A stretch of 64,000 nucleotides of DNA, from contig JAEUUD010000001.1 in NCBI GenBank assembly GCA_016787625.1, positions 256-64,255 of the forward strand. Direction: 5' to 3'. Below the pieces are notes generated by a model, which saw only the letters and a list, made by a program, of their open reading frames with translations, was not told the origin of the DNA and did no database searches. The first letter of the stretch is position 1. Each line of letters starts with the position of its first letter. Of the stretch, positions 9,583 to 19,900 are shown piece after piece. Position numbers and translations under genes: made by a program. The DNA is from Cyclobacteriaceae bacterium (GTDB lineage Bacteria; Bacteroidota; Bacteroidia; Cytophagales; Cyclobacteriaceae).

Positions 9583-10505
9583 TATTCCTGAGCGTGTTTC
9601 AACTGGAAAATTACATCCTTTGTAAATTCAATTGACCCTTCACGATTGAGGTGAGCTTCATCATACATGAAGGTAAGGTTCTGGAGGTATTTTGGACTTG
9701 TAGAGAAGTCAACGAGGCGCACATTCATCGAATCTGCCAACTGTTTGATTTCCAGGAGATCCTTTCTTTCACAGTCCACTTTCATGAATCGCGGTGACAC
9801 AACAATGAGCAGGGGAATCTGATTGTCTTTGCACAGCTGAACAAATTCCCTGAAGGCATCGACAATATTTGGGTCGATGGTGATGGGCTTGCCGCAATAT
9901 TTGTAGGTCTCCAATTGGCTGGTGCGATTGCCCTGGAAATATATGTAACCCTTGTCATCACTTCGGCGAGATCCAAAACCAAGTGCCCGGTAAGCAATGA
10001 CCACCAACGATGAGTTGTATGGCACGATGCGGCTCCAGGAAAAATACCGGTAGCCGGGACTCACCTTATCCACCACAGCTTTTACGGCAGGATTTGTATA
10101 ATACGGAAGCAACAGGGACACGAGATCATATTTAGACTGGTCATACAGGAATTCACTTTCATTTACATCAAGGATCACTGCTTTTGGTTTTTTCCTCGAG
10201 AGGATCATCTTGAAAACCGGCAAATGATACAACACAGTTTGTGCAGACCGACCGGCATTGTAAGCTTCCACATGAAGCGAATCCTTAAGAATGGAAGGAT
10301 CATAGTGGTAAAGTGCTCGCGACGATCCGAAGATAAACAGATCCGCTTCTGACTTTTGTGTGGCGAAATGAGCCCTCGCCCTCTCCCCTGCCTCCATCTT
10401 GTTATACAAATATTCAAGCAAACTGCCGATCATGAAATCCAGGATAAAAACAGTTGCCGCCGTGATGGCAATAAATTTTAATAGTTTCTTGAACTCCCTG
10501 GTCAT
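9582..10505 (-). CDS. Membrane-anchored SGNH/DltD-like protein, partner of the adjacent MBOAT
   Basis: N-terminal TM, FGSSRA (nucleophile Ser block) and C-terminal DEAHLN (DxxH). Confidence 0.65.
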   Translation of the reverse strand: MTREFKKLLKFIAITAATVFILDFMIGSLLEYLYNKMEAGERARAHFATQKSEADLFIFGSSRALYHYDPSILKDSLHVEAYNAGRSAQTVLYHLPVFKMILSRKKPKAVILDVNESEFLYDQSKYDLVSLLLPYYTNPAVKAVVDKVSPGYRYFSWSRIVPYNSSLVVIAYRALGFGSRRSDDKGYIYFQGNRTSQLETYKYCGKPITIDPNIVDAFREFVQLCKDNQIPLLIVVSPRFMKVDCERKDLLEIKQLADSMNVRLVDFSTSPKYLQNLTFMYDEAHLNREGSIEFTKDVIFQLKHAQE

Positions 10506-10508
10506 GCC

Positions 10509-11912
10509 TCAGAATTGAAAGTAGATAAATTGTCCACCATCAAACACGCCGATCAACATGATCATAAGCGTAAGCGTCAGCATCAGGAGATTGGCAAAGC
10601 GTTGCACATTGATTCTGATTCTTCTTTTTTGGTAGAAGGACTCATACCCAATTTCCATAGAAAGCAGAAAAGCAATGGAGAACACACAGTACACGAAGAT
10701 CTCCGGATCGGAAGGAATGAACAGCGGCCCTTCCAATTGAAGAATCTTCAAGCCTATCGCGTTGGCTTGTGCAATGGATTCGGCCCTGAAGTATATCCAG
10801 GTTACGCAAATCAGAACAAAGACGCCAAGTACCTTTAACGGTCGCAGGGCATTACCAAAGGAAGCACGAAGACCCAACGCTGAGGCCACATTAAGGTAAA
10901 CTCCGTTGAGGCCACCCCAGACAACATAGGTCCAGTTGGCGCCATGCCAGAAACCACTGACCAGAAATGTTATCATCAAATTAAATTGTCTTCGAAACAC
11001 TGACGATACGCGGTTGCCTCCCAGGGATATGTACAAATAGTCACGGAACCAGGTCGAGAGAGAAATATGCCACCTGCGCCAGAACTCTGCTACCGATGCG
11101 GATAAGTATGGCCGCCTGAAATTGGTCATCAGCTTGATACCCATCATTCTGGAGGCCCCGATGGCAATGGACGAGTACCCGGCAAAGTCAGCGTAGATCT
11201 GAAAAGCAAAAAAGGCCGTAGCCAATGCCAGCGTTGCACCGCCGTGTTGATCACTATTGTTGTAAACGGCATTCACATAAATAGCCAATCGATCGGCCAC
11301 AACCAGCTTCAGAAAAAATCCATAGACCATCAATCGCAATCCGCGAAAGAAGTTTGCAAACTTAAATTTCTGTTCCTTCCTGAATTGATGAAGGAGATTC
11401 TGAGGTCGCTCAATAGGTCCTGCAACCAACTGAGGATAGTACATGACATAGAGGCTGTAAATACCAAAGTTCTTCTCGGCCTTTTGTTTTCCCCGGTACA
11501 CTTCGATCACATAGCTAAGGCTTTGAAAGGTGTGAAAGGATAATCCGATGGGAAGGATGATCGCCAGCGAAGTCAAGGAATAATTCCAACCGATCAAATT
11601 GGCCAGTCCATTAAAATTGTCAATAAAGAAATTGTAGTATTTAAAGACAAAGAGCACCAGGCATGTACTGATGATGCTTATCCAGAGGTACCATCGCTTC
11701 TTTGGACCCGTCGTATTTTCGATCCAGATTCCGGCAAAGTAATCGATGAGGATGGTGATGAGCAGGATGAGGATATACGCCGGAACAAAGAACATGTAGA
11801 ACACACAGCTGGCCAGCAACAGGTGCAGCCATCTCCATCGGTGCGGCAATAAATAGTATATGACCGTGACCAGCGGAAAGAATGCAAGGAAGGAGATAGA
11901 ATTAAAGAGCAT
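10509..11912 (-). CDS. MBOAT family O-acyltransferase (AlgI/PatA/DltB-like)
   Basis: LPIGLSFHTFQ, EFWRRWHISLS, SGFWHGA, C-terminal FIYFQF. Confidence 0.93.
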   Translation of the reverse strand: MLFNSISFLAFFPLVTVIYYLLPHRWRWLHLLLASCVFYMFFVPAYILILLITILIDYFAGIWIENTTGPKKRWYLWISIISTCLVLFVFKYYNFFIDNFNGLANLIGWNYSLTSLAIILPIGLSFHTFQSLSYVIEVYRGKQKAEKNFGIYSLYVMYYPQLVAGPIERPQNLLHQFRKEQKFKFANFFRGLRLMVYGFFLKLVVADRLAIYVNAVYNNSDQHGGATLALATAFFAFQIYADFAGYSSIAIGASRMMGIKLMTNFRRPYLSASVAEFWRRWHISLSTWFRDYLYISLGGNRVSSVFRRQFNLMITFLVSGFWHGANWTYVVWGGLNGVYLNVASALGLRASFGNALRPLKVLGVFVLICVTWIYFRAESIAQANAIGLKILQLEGPLFIPSDPEIFVYCVFSIAFLLSMEIGYESFYQKRRIRINVQRFANLLMLTLTLMIMLIGVFDGGQFIYFQF

Positions 11913-11940
11913 GTTGGTCAGGATTAGTCAAGTTTCATGA

Positions 11941-13005
11941 TCATTTGAAACTCTTTTCCAGAAGTCCAATCCATTGCTTCAGAAACGCCTGGAGAGAATA
12001 GTCCTTGGTGACAATTTCCCTTCCTCTTTCTCCCATTTCTTCTGCCTTGTGTCGGTTAGAGATCAGGTATTCCAGTCTTTGCTCCCATTCTGAAAGTGAG
12101 CCGGCTTTAAATCCATTGATGCCGTCTTTGATAATCTGCTCATTGACACCAACGGGAGAACCAATTACCGGAATTCCACAACCCATATATTGAATCAACT
12201 TGTAGCCGCACTTCCCCCTTTCCCAATAATCATCTTCCAGTGGCATGATGCCTACGTCAAACTTCTGAATACCGGATACTTCGGTTTCCTCACTCCATGG
12301 AATGATTTCTTCCTCCATGTTTGGCAATCCCAATCCACGACCGGAACCAATAAAGGCGAGCTTGATGCGGTGCTTCACGGCCAGCGCCTCAAACACCGGA
12401 ACCAGTCGGGGCAGGTACTTGAATGTGATGGGCGAACCAATCCAGCCGATGGTGAATGGACGATCTGGCTTTTTCAATCCAGATACATAACGCTCCATGT
12501 CAACAACAGTAGGTATTACGACTACGGAAGAAGACCCTGATTCACGAGCCTTCGCGGCAATATAATCGTTGCCCGCAACAACCACGGAGGCATACTTCAT
12601 GACTTTGCTGATCTTGTCTGACAAGAAATATCTCACCAGGGAGCGAGGATGTTTATCGTACCCATGAAACACCGCATCATCGTAGTCAACGATGTATCCT
12701 TTTCCGGTGATGCGCAGGATCCATTCGGGCCAGGCAGGAAAAAATGGAAAGATTTCCTTCTCAACAAATACCCGGTTGTAGCGAAAAATCCCGGCAAGTA
12801 CGACCAGTCGCCTGACAAATGCCACGATGACCAGCCAGGGGTTATGGGCCTTTTTGCTGTAGAGTTGGTTAAGGTACCGGTCGCCAAAGAAAGGACTTAC
12901 CGTGCATTGCATTCCTGCGCGACGGTAATGGTCGACGAACTGATATGTTCTCAACCTGCTGCTCGCGCCCATCCTTGTATACCTCACCAGAAAAATGACC
13001 TTCAT
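11941..13005 (-). CDS. Glycosyltransferase family 4
   Basis: GASSRLR, IGWIGS, GKCGYKLIQYMGCGIPV. Confidence 0.88.
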   Translation of the reverse strand: MKVIFLVRYTRMGASSRLRTYQFVDHYRRAGMQCTVSPFFGDRYLNQLYSKKAHNPWLVIVAFVRRLVVLAGIFRYNRVFVEKEIFPFFPAWPEWILRITGKGYIVDYDDAVFHGYDKHPRSLVRYFLSDKISKVMKYASVVVAGNDYIAAKARESGSSSVVVIPTVVDMERYVSGLKKPDRPFTIGWIGSPITFKYLPRLVPVFEALAVKHRIKLAFIGSGRGLGLPNMEEEIIPWSEETEVSGIQKFDVGIMPLEDDYWERGKCGYKLIQYMGCGIPVIGSPVGVNEQIIKDGINGFKAGSLSEWEQRLEYLISNRHKAEEMGERGREIVTKDYSLQAFLKQWIGLLEKSFK

Positions 13006-13020
13006 GATTGCCTTTGTGGA

Positions 13021-14151
13021 TCAGTATGAAGTCTTGTTTTGCTGAATACCTGCCTTGTGAAGCGCCTCATGGTAAAGATCAGCAACAAGACCAGAATAAT
13101 TTTCAGCACTGTAGTACTTTTTTGCTCTTTGAAGGCCTGCCTGCCCCATGCGCATCCTCAGCGTTGAATCTGAAATCAGTTTACTCAGAGCATTTGCAAT
13201 GCTTTCCGGAGCTTCGACGTTGACGAGGTATCCTGTTTCTCCATCCAACACAATTTCACGCATCCCTCCTACGGCTGTAGCGACAACGGGTAATCTATAC
13301 AGCATGGCTTCTACGACGACCATGCCAAATCCCTCCGATTCTGAACACAGGGCAAAACAATCCATGCAGGAGTAATATATCCAAGGTTCCTGGTACCCTG
13401 TGAAGATGACCTGGTTTGAAACACCCAGGGAGTTCGTGAGCTCCGTCAGTCGTTGCCGGTCAGGGCCGTCTCCCACGATCAACAGCTTCACTCGTTTGTC
13501 GTTCAGCGACGCAACTGCCCGGATCACATCATCAAATCGTTTCACTACATTCAATCTGCCTACGCAACCAACGACAAGGTTGGTAGATTCAATGCCCAGC
13601 TTCTTTTCCATCAAAGCTACATCTTCAGCTGACTGATCAGGTGGAGTTTCAACACCATTGTTGATGAGCCTTCGTTTGTCCTCTTTCACTCCAATGGAAC
13701 CCAGGTATTCGACGACAGCCGGTGAAGTCCCGACAACAAAGTCTGCTGCAGAAGAAAAGAACCTCATAAGAAGGTTGGCACGACAACTGCGGCGTTTCGG
13801 AAATGAAGTCTCCTCTATTATAATGACCGGTATCCGAAACAGTAAGCCGCCCAATACTGCGCTGACCACTCCTTCAAAGACTGCGCCATGGATGATGTGG
13901 GGTCTGAACTCACGGATGACCCGGAAGAGCCGGTAGTAATATCCAACATTGAAAATATGATACAGTCCCCTGATGGCGACCACCTCGGTTCCAAGCTTTC
14001 TGAGCTTCTCATCAAACCCGCCAACAACATAAGAGCAAACGACCCGTTGCTCAAATGCATTTGGGTCAAAATACCTGGCCATCGAGAGGCGTCGCTGTTC
14101 AACTCCTCCGGTTCCAATGGTTTCGAGGCAATGAAGGACACGCACCTTCAT
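13021..14151 (-). CDS. Glycosyltransferase family 4
   Basis: GGVEQ, VGRL, EGFGMVVVEAM. Confidence 0.9.
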   Translation of the reverse strand: MKVRVLHCLETIGTGGVEQRRLSMARYFDPNAFEQRVVCSYVVGGFDEKLRKLGTEVVAIRGLYHIFNVGYYYRLFRVIREFRPHIIHGAVFEGVVSAVLGGLLFRIPVIIIEETSFPKRRSCRANLLMRFFSSAADFVVGTSPAVVEYLGSIGVKEDKRRLINNGVETPPDQSAEDVALMEKKLGIESTNLVVGCVGRLNVVKRFDDVIRAVASLNDKRVKLLIVGDGPDRQRLTELTNSLGVSNQVIFTGYQEPWIYYSCMDCFALCSESEGFGMVVVEAMLYRLPVVATAVGGMREIVLDGETGYLVNVEAPESIANALSKLISDSTLRMRMGQAGLQRAKKYYSAENYSGLVADLYHEALHKAGIQQNKTSY

Positions 14152-15266
14152 ATCCGAAAGTTAGGTGGGCCTTGCAGTCTGTAAATGCGATTCAGTTCGG
14201 ACAGGTACTTCGCAGGCGAGAATAAATCATTTACCGTTGTCAGTGCCCGTGTGTTCATGGTTTTGATTTCTTCTTCGCTCAACTGCATTACTTGTTCAGT
14301 CCTGGAGAGCAATTGATCAAACGTGTGAGGGTCAAACAGAAATCCATTGACACCATCAGTAATATACTCCACCATCCCTCCGGAACTTGTGACAATCACG
14401 GGTAACCCACACTGAATGGCCTCAATGCATGCCAGGCCAAAACCTTCGGTAAATGAAGGAAGAATAAAGAGATCTGCTTTGACCAGGATCTCCTGAGGGC
14501 GCTCCTGATATCCATAGAAGGTTACCTGATCGCGAAGACCAAGCTGTTCAGCTTCAGTCCTCAATGATTCTTTCAACGAGCCGTCGCCAATGAGCCAGAG
14601 TTCAAACTTTCTGTCCTCATTTTTTTTCGCAAGGGTCCCAAGCAACTTGAGCAGCATCGAGAGGTTCTTCACAGCCTCAAGCCGGCAGAGGGTTACAATA
14701 ACAAAGCGGTCCTTTTTACTATTGTCACGATTGAATGACGTACCAATGTCAATGGGGTAATAGATCGTATCAATCTTTTCACGACTCGTCTCGTGCATGG
14801 CGAGGTATCTGGAAACAGACCTGGAGATTCCGATCACGCGGTGCGCCGTCGAATAGACCAATCTGAAAATGAATGTCGCAACTCTGGAGTGTGATGGGAT
14901 ACCGATCTCCTCGCCGATTCTCACCGGCACACCTGCTAACCATGCAGCTATGAGTCCGTGCAAATTCCCTTCACCACAGGATGTGTGAACGACATCCGGC
15001 CTTTCTTTTCGAAAAAGTTTCCACAGTTGAAACACACAATTCAATGAGGGGGTCCTGAAATTCAGGTTCATGGTAATCACCCGGATGCCTTGCTGGCCGA
15101 TAAAGGTTGATGCCCGACCGCCAGTCTGGAGCGATACAATGATCAGGTCGTAATCATTCTTGTTATGATACTTAGCATGAAGCTCAAAATTCCTTTCAAC
15201 CCCGCCAAAATTGAGAACGGTTGTTACACGAATGACTTTCAGGCGGCTCTTGGGCTGGACGTTCAT
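14148..15266 (-). CDS. Glycosyltransferase family 4
   Basis: GGVER, EGFGLACIEA. Confidence 0.9.
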   Translation of the reverse strand: MNVQPKSRLKVIRVTTVLNFGGVERNFELHAKYHNKNDYDLIIVSLQTGGRASTFIGQQGIRVITMNLNFRTPSLNCVFQLWKLFRKERPDVVHTSCGEGNLHGLIAAWLAGVPVRIGEEIGIPSHSRVATFIFRLVYSTAHRVIGISRSVSRYLAMHETSREKIDTIYYPIDIGTSFNRDNSKKDRFVIVTLCRLEAVKNLSMLLKLLGTLAKKNEDRKFELWLIGDGSLKESLRTEAEQLGLRDQVTFYGYQERPQEILVKADLFILPSFTEGFGLACIEAIQCGLPVIVTSSGGMVEYITDGVNGFLFDPHTFDQLLSRTEQVMQLSEEEIKTMNTRALTTVNDLFSPAKYLSELNRIYRLQGPPNFRI

Positions 15267-15271
15267 TTGGG

Positions 15272-16216
15272 TCAGGGCAAATCACTTAGTGACTTAAACA
15301 GGGGATCAGCGAGCATCCTTTGCAATCCCGCTTCCAGCGGAACGAGATCACGTTGGAGGAGTTCCCTCATCTTGGTATTGTCGGGCAAGCGACGGGTCAT
15401 GTCACCTTCTTTGAGCGCAGGGAGAAACTGGATTTCAGAAGATGATTGCGTGACTGCCAGGATCTTGTTGGCCAATTCAAGTATGGTCATTTCCTGGTCA
15501 TTCCCAATATTAATGACATCATTAATATGCTGGTCCCGGGTGAGGCAGGCAATCACGGTGTCCACATTGTCATGCACAAAACAGAAGGTCCTTGTTTGAT
15601 TACCCTTTCCAAAGATGGTGATGGGTTCATTGCGAAGGGCCTTTCTCAAGAATTTAGAAATAACAAAGTCATTGCTCTGTTTAGGGCCATAGGTATTGAA
15701 GAAGCGAAGGATGGTGTAGCTCAGGCCGAACTCGCGCTGATAAGACCGGCAATATGACTCTCCCAGATTCTTTACAACGGCGTACGGCAATCTGGAATTC
15801 AGCGGGGTGGTCTCTTCATTTTGAGGGAGATGAACAGGCTCGCCATATACTTCGGATGAAGAGCAATAGAACACACGCCGCACACCGGTTTTTGCAGAGA
15901 GATCCAGGAAATTTCTTATCCCGTCAATATCATTCAGGACGCTGACAGGATTTTCCAGCGTCCGTTTGACTCCGACAACGGCCGCGTAGTGAAAGACATA
16001 ATCAAAAGGATGATTAGTCATCACCGAGGTCAGAGCATTGCGGTCATTCACATCACATTGCACAAACTTGCAACGGTCGTTGCCCGGGATTTTTCGTAAA
16101 TCTCCCGTCAACAGATTGTCCAGCAGCACAATATCATTTGTCGGATCCTTCAGCAATCCTTCTGCCAGGGAACTTCCAAGAAAACCTGCACCACCAGTAA
16201 TCAGAATCCGAGACAT
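15272..16216 (-). CDS. NAD-dependent nucleotide-sugar epimerase/dehydratase (extended SDR)
   Basis: TGGAGFLGS, SSSEVYG, YAVVK. Confidence 0.9.
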   Translation of the reverse strand: MSRILITGGAGFLGSSLAEGLLKDPTNDIVLLDNLLTGDLRKIPGNDRCKFVQCDVNDRNALTSVMTNHPFDYVFHYAAVVGVKRTLENPVSVLNDIDGIRNFLDLSAKTGVRRVFYCSSSEVYGEPVHLPQNEETTPLNSRLPYAVVKNLGESYCRSYQREFGLSYTILRFFNTYGPKQSNDFVISKFLRKALRNEPITIFGKGNQTRTFCFVHDNVDTVIACLTRDQHINDVINIGNDQEMTILELANKILAVTQSSSEIQFLPALKEGDMTRRLPDNTKMRELLQRDLVPLEAGLQRMLADPLFKSLSDLP

Positions 16217-16289
16217 TCAGCTCAACAATTTTCGGCAAAGAAACAACTTATCAAACAATGACCCAACTTCGGCTTCACAAAACATGACA

Positions 16290-17240
16290 TCAGAGGCCCT
16301 GAACATGTTCCTTGTTCACGCCTATAAAAATTCTTGCAAACGATTTTACAGCAAAGCCAAGGTTCAACTTTGGTAAGGTCTTGAAGAAATAACCTGCTCT
16401 GGAAATCCAGGAGCGATTGACATGGAAATACCGGATGAGCAATCGATAAGCCCTTAGTTGATTGAATGATTGCAGCCACGATGCAAACCGATGCCCGGTC
16501 GATTGGTCAAATGCTTCAATCAGTAATGATTCCTTTTCATAATACTGCTGATACGCTTCAAGGGATTTAAAACTCTCTGACCAGCTTACGCCGGTAAATT
16601 GTCTCACGACACACATTTCGTCTTCCATGTACCCGATGTCGCCGGTTGCCACTGCAAGCAAAAGCAACGGAAAGTCACCTGTCGGTGCATTAAGAAACCA
16701 ATCCGGGTATGTCAGCAGGCTCCTTCGAAACATGATGGATGGTGAAACGAAAGCTCCTCCACCCTTTTCAAAAAGCGTTGCCTTATCAATCACACCTGTC
16801 ATAAATCCAGGATGCCTGTAGTAGGTACCGAATGTTCTGGTTCTCTCATCAAACGTTTTCGAGCCATGAAATGCAAAAACCATCGAAGGGTTAGCCTTGA
16901 GAAACAATAGTTGCTTACGCAGTTTATCAGGATCGGTCCAATAATCATCTCCCTCGCAGAATGCGATATACTCTCCCTTGCACTCATGCAGTGTTCTGAG
17001 GAAGTTGCCCATCATTTTCAAATTGCGTTCGGAAGGAAGCAACCGGATCAATGATGGATACTTCTCTGCATAGGCGCGGCAGATCGCGTAGGTTCCATCA
17101 GTAGAACAATCTTCCCCGATAATCACCTCCATGGGACATTCTACTTGCTGGTTGACGATTCCTTCCAACGCAGCAGCAATGAAAGGCTCGTGGTTGTAGG
17201 TGATGACAAATACACTGATCACTGGCAATGGCGAGCTCAT
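16290..17240 (-). CDS. Glycosyltransferase family 2
   Basis: ITYNHE, EDCSTDGT, CEGDDYW. Confidence 0.9.
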   Translation of the reverse strand: MSSPLPVISVFVITYNHEPFIAAALEGIVNQQVECPMEVIIGEDCSTDGTYAICRAYAEKYPSLIRLLPSERNLKMMGNFLRTLHECKGEYIAFCEGDDYWTDPDKLRKQLLFLKANPSMVFAFHGSKTFDERTRTFGTYYRHPGFMTGVIDKATLFEKGGGAFVSPSIMFRRSLLTYPDWFLNAPTGDFPLLLLAVATGDIGYMEDEMCVVRQFTGVSWSESFKSLEAYQQYYEKESLLIEAFDQSTGHRFASWLQSFNQLRAYRLLIRYFHVNRSWISRAGYFFKTLPKLNLGFAVKSFARIFIGVNKEHVQGL

Positions 17241-17244
17241 CCTT

Positions 17245-18672
17245 TTACCTTTTGATCAGTGCTTTGAACTCCTTATCCATCACGTAAAGCAAAATGAAGT
17301 ACACCGCCATCCCGATAACGATGCTGGCGATCAGTGCTACAACCATGTCAGAAACAGGTACCAGATATTGAAAGGCCACGATGGAGGCGGACATCAAGAC
17401 GGAACTCCAAAATGGGCCTGAGAGCGATTGGAACACCTGCCCCAGGGATAGCCCGATCTGCCTGATCGCTATACGATAGACAGGAACGGCCAGCAAAGTT
17501 CCCGCAATAAAATACGCGATGGTCAGTCCAAGAAGCCCGTTGACCAACAAGCCAACGACAAAACCGACCAATAAAATGACACTGGTCACCAATGTCACGC
17601 GAAACGCGATGTGCGGTTTCCCAACTGCGTAATAGATTGAACCATTCAGATTAAGGATCGACTGGACAGCACCGAGAATCGCAAGCCACTGAACAAGGGG
17701 TATCATGTCGATCCACTTATCACCGAAACAAACCAACACAAACTCCTTAGCCACCAGCGTGAGTCCTGCCATGGCCGGAAAGGTAATCATGGCAATGTAT
17801 CGTATCGCTTTCAGGTAGTACATCCTGATTGTTTCATGATCATTCTGAATAGAGGAAAATGCCGGAAACATGACACGCGAAACCACTGAGGAGATATTTC
17901 TCACAGGGATGAGCATCATCGAATAAGCCCTGCTGTAGAGTCCGAGACCCTCAATCCCCACAAACTTGCCGATGAGAAAGTTATCAGCATTGCGTGACCA
18001 ATAATTCACGGAAGTCTCACCAACAACATTCAGTCCGAAGGGCAGCAGTTCCCGAAGCTTGCTCATGGAAAACTGAAGCCCTGGCGACCATGAAGAAAAA
18101 AACCAAAGCAAAATCGTCGTCGCGAGTTGTGTAACGAGCAGCTGGTACACAAGCGACCAAAGTCCGTATCCGGACCATGCTAAGGAGATTCCAACAACAT
18201 ACCCGGTAAACGTGGCTACCCAGTTGATGGTCACCTTACGCTTGAATTTCATCTCTTTGTCAAGAAGGTTGCTTTGGACAAGGCTGAAGCTGGAGAGAAG
18301 AAAGTTCACAGACAACACCCTGGCAACGTCAACCAAAACTGGTTCGTCATAAAACTGTGCAATCAAGGGCCCGAGAAAAAAAATGGTTGCACCCAGCATC
18401 AACCCAATCAACACATTGAACCAGAACACGGATGAGAGATGCTCCTGGTCCAGGTCTTTTCTTTGCACCAAGGCGGCACCAAACCCAAGGTCAACAAAGA
18501 GTACTGCGTAATTGGTAATGACCGTCACAAGCCCTACGACACCAAACATGGAAGGATCCAGCATGCGCGCCAGGTAAATCGAAAACCAAATGAAAAGTCC
18601 TTGGTTGACAACCTGGCTGGCAAAAAGCCATTTAAGTCCTCCGGCAATTTTCGGTTTGAGTTGATCCGTCAT
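17245..18672 (-). CDS. wzx: Polysaccharide flippase (MOP family, WzxC-like)
   Basis: About 12 TM segments; LARML, DLGFGAALVQ, DNFLIGK, LGLYSRAY. Confidence 0.88.
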   Translation of the reverse strand: MTDQLKPKIAGGLKWLFASQVVNQGLFIWFSIYLARMLDPSMFGVVGLVTVITNYAVLFVDLGFGAALVQRKDLDQEHLSSVFWFNVLIGLMLGATIFFLGPLIAQFYDEPVLVDVARVLSVNFLLSSFSLVQSNLLDKEMKFKRKVTINWVATFTGYVVGISLAWSGYGLWSLVYQLLVTQLATTILLWFFSSWSPGLQFSMSKLRELLPFGLNVVGETSVNYWSRNADNFLIGKFVGIEGLGLYSRAYSMMLIPVRNISSVVSRVMFPAFSSIQNDHETIRMYYLKAIRYIAMITFPAMAGLTLVAKEFVLVCFGDKWIDMIPLVQWLAILGAVQSILNLNGSIYYAVGKPHIAFRVTLVTSVILLVGFVVGLLVNGLLGLTIAYFIAGTLLAVPVYRIAIRQIGLSLGQVFQSLSGPFWSSVLMSASIVAFQYLVPVSDMVVALIASIVIGMAVYFILLYVMDKEFKALIKR

Positions 18673-19898
18673 TTTGAAGAAGGTTCTTGATACAACTCGG
18701 CCCAGGGAGGTGCGGTCACTTCCGGAAAGAAATGCCTTCTGATCGCTTCCTTGTTAACCCCGCACTTCTGTCGTTCCGATTCAAGATTGGAAATTGCTTG
18801 TTCAATCACTACAGATAAATTCTCAAGCGAATCAGTGACTCTGTAATATAGTCCGGCTTCCTTGAAAGGGCCATAAGGAAGCCATGCACCGGTAACAAGG
18901 AGATTACCTGCGTACATACATTCCGTTGCTGCGCCGCTCAGTGCATCTGTGGATGGTACGTGAATCATGATATCGGTGATCACCCTCACGGCGGCAACGC
19001 TGTCAGATTCAAGGTACTCTTTGATGAAGTGAAGCTTAAGCTGAAGTCGGGCTGCAGCTTTACCAAGCTCTTCATCATAGCCCGGTCGATCCGCTGCGTA
19101 AGCAAATGGAACAATGACGTGAAGTTTCTCTCGCATGCTCAGAGATCCAAGCGCCTCAATAACAGCCATGTGATTGTTGAAGGGATTTGCATTGTGTCCA
19201 ACGACAACAACAAGCTTGTCAGCTGAAATGCTCATCGAGGCCTTAGCAGCTTCCCTGGTTCCGGCAGCATCGATTTTGTCAAAAATCGAAGTATCCAGTG
19301 ACAACTTGCGAACCCTGATCTTTGGTTTCAATTGTTGCCCATACCGTGAGAGGATGAGTTCCTGTAGTTCAACTGACTGTGTGGTTATGAAGTCCGCGCG
19401 GGAAAGAGCCTTGCTGACAAAAAAATGATTAAAGGGATCATGAGTCCGCAACAAGTCAGAACCCCAGAAAGTACAAATGATCCTGCTGGTTGGAGGTACG
19501 AACCAAACTGATCTCAGGTAACTGTATTGAATAAAGTGAAAATGAAAAACTTCGTATTGCCGTAAGTCATTCCTGATGAAAAAACTTCGTTCAAGGTTCC
19601 AGTGATAAACAAAATGCAATGCCTTGCCGGGCTTGATCTCCCGGAACAAAATAAACAAAACGGTACGCCAGAACATCGCATCCCCCAGTGACCTCAGGAA
19701 GGCAAGTGAAAAATACAGCAGATTGAAAGTACTGGAATAGGTGGTGTGAATGACCGATGAAAGGTCGTGAGGCAGTTTCCCACCAAGGGGGTTCAACCTG
19801 AAGGAAGCAAATTCAATGGCAGGATTGATTTTGCGAATACTTCTGGCAAGGAGGTAGATGAAGTTCAGTTGATTGGTTCCCAGGAGAAAGACTTTCAT
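18669..19898 (-). CDS. Putative glycosyltransferase, GT-B fold
   Basis: Likely start ATG 19898 (MKVFLLG); FWGSDLLR, VGHNANPFNNH, TDALSG motifs; locus context. Confidence 0.6.
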   Translation of the reverse strand: MKVFLLGTNQLNFIYLLARSIRKINPAIEFASFRLNPLGGKLPHDLSSVIHTTYSSTFNLLYFSLAFLRSLGDAMFWRTVLFILFREIKPGKALHFVYHWNLERSFFIRNDLRQYEVFHFHFIQYSYLRSVWFVPPTSRIICTFWGSDLLRTHDPFNHFFVSKALSRADFITTQSVELQELILSRYGQQLKPKIRVRKLSLDTSIFDKIDAAGTREAAKASMSISADKLVVVVGHNANPFNNHMAVIEALGSLSMREKLHVIVPFAYAADRPGYDEELGKAAARLQLKLHFIKEYLESDSVAAVRVITDIMIHVPSTDALSGAATECMYAGNLLVTGAWLPYGPFKEAGLYYRVTDSLENLSVVIEQAISNLESERQKCGVNKEAIRRHFFPEVTAPPWAELYQEPSSK

Positions 19899-19900
19899 GT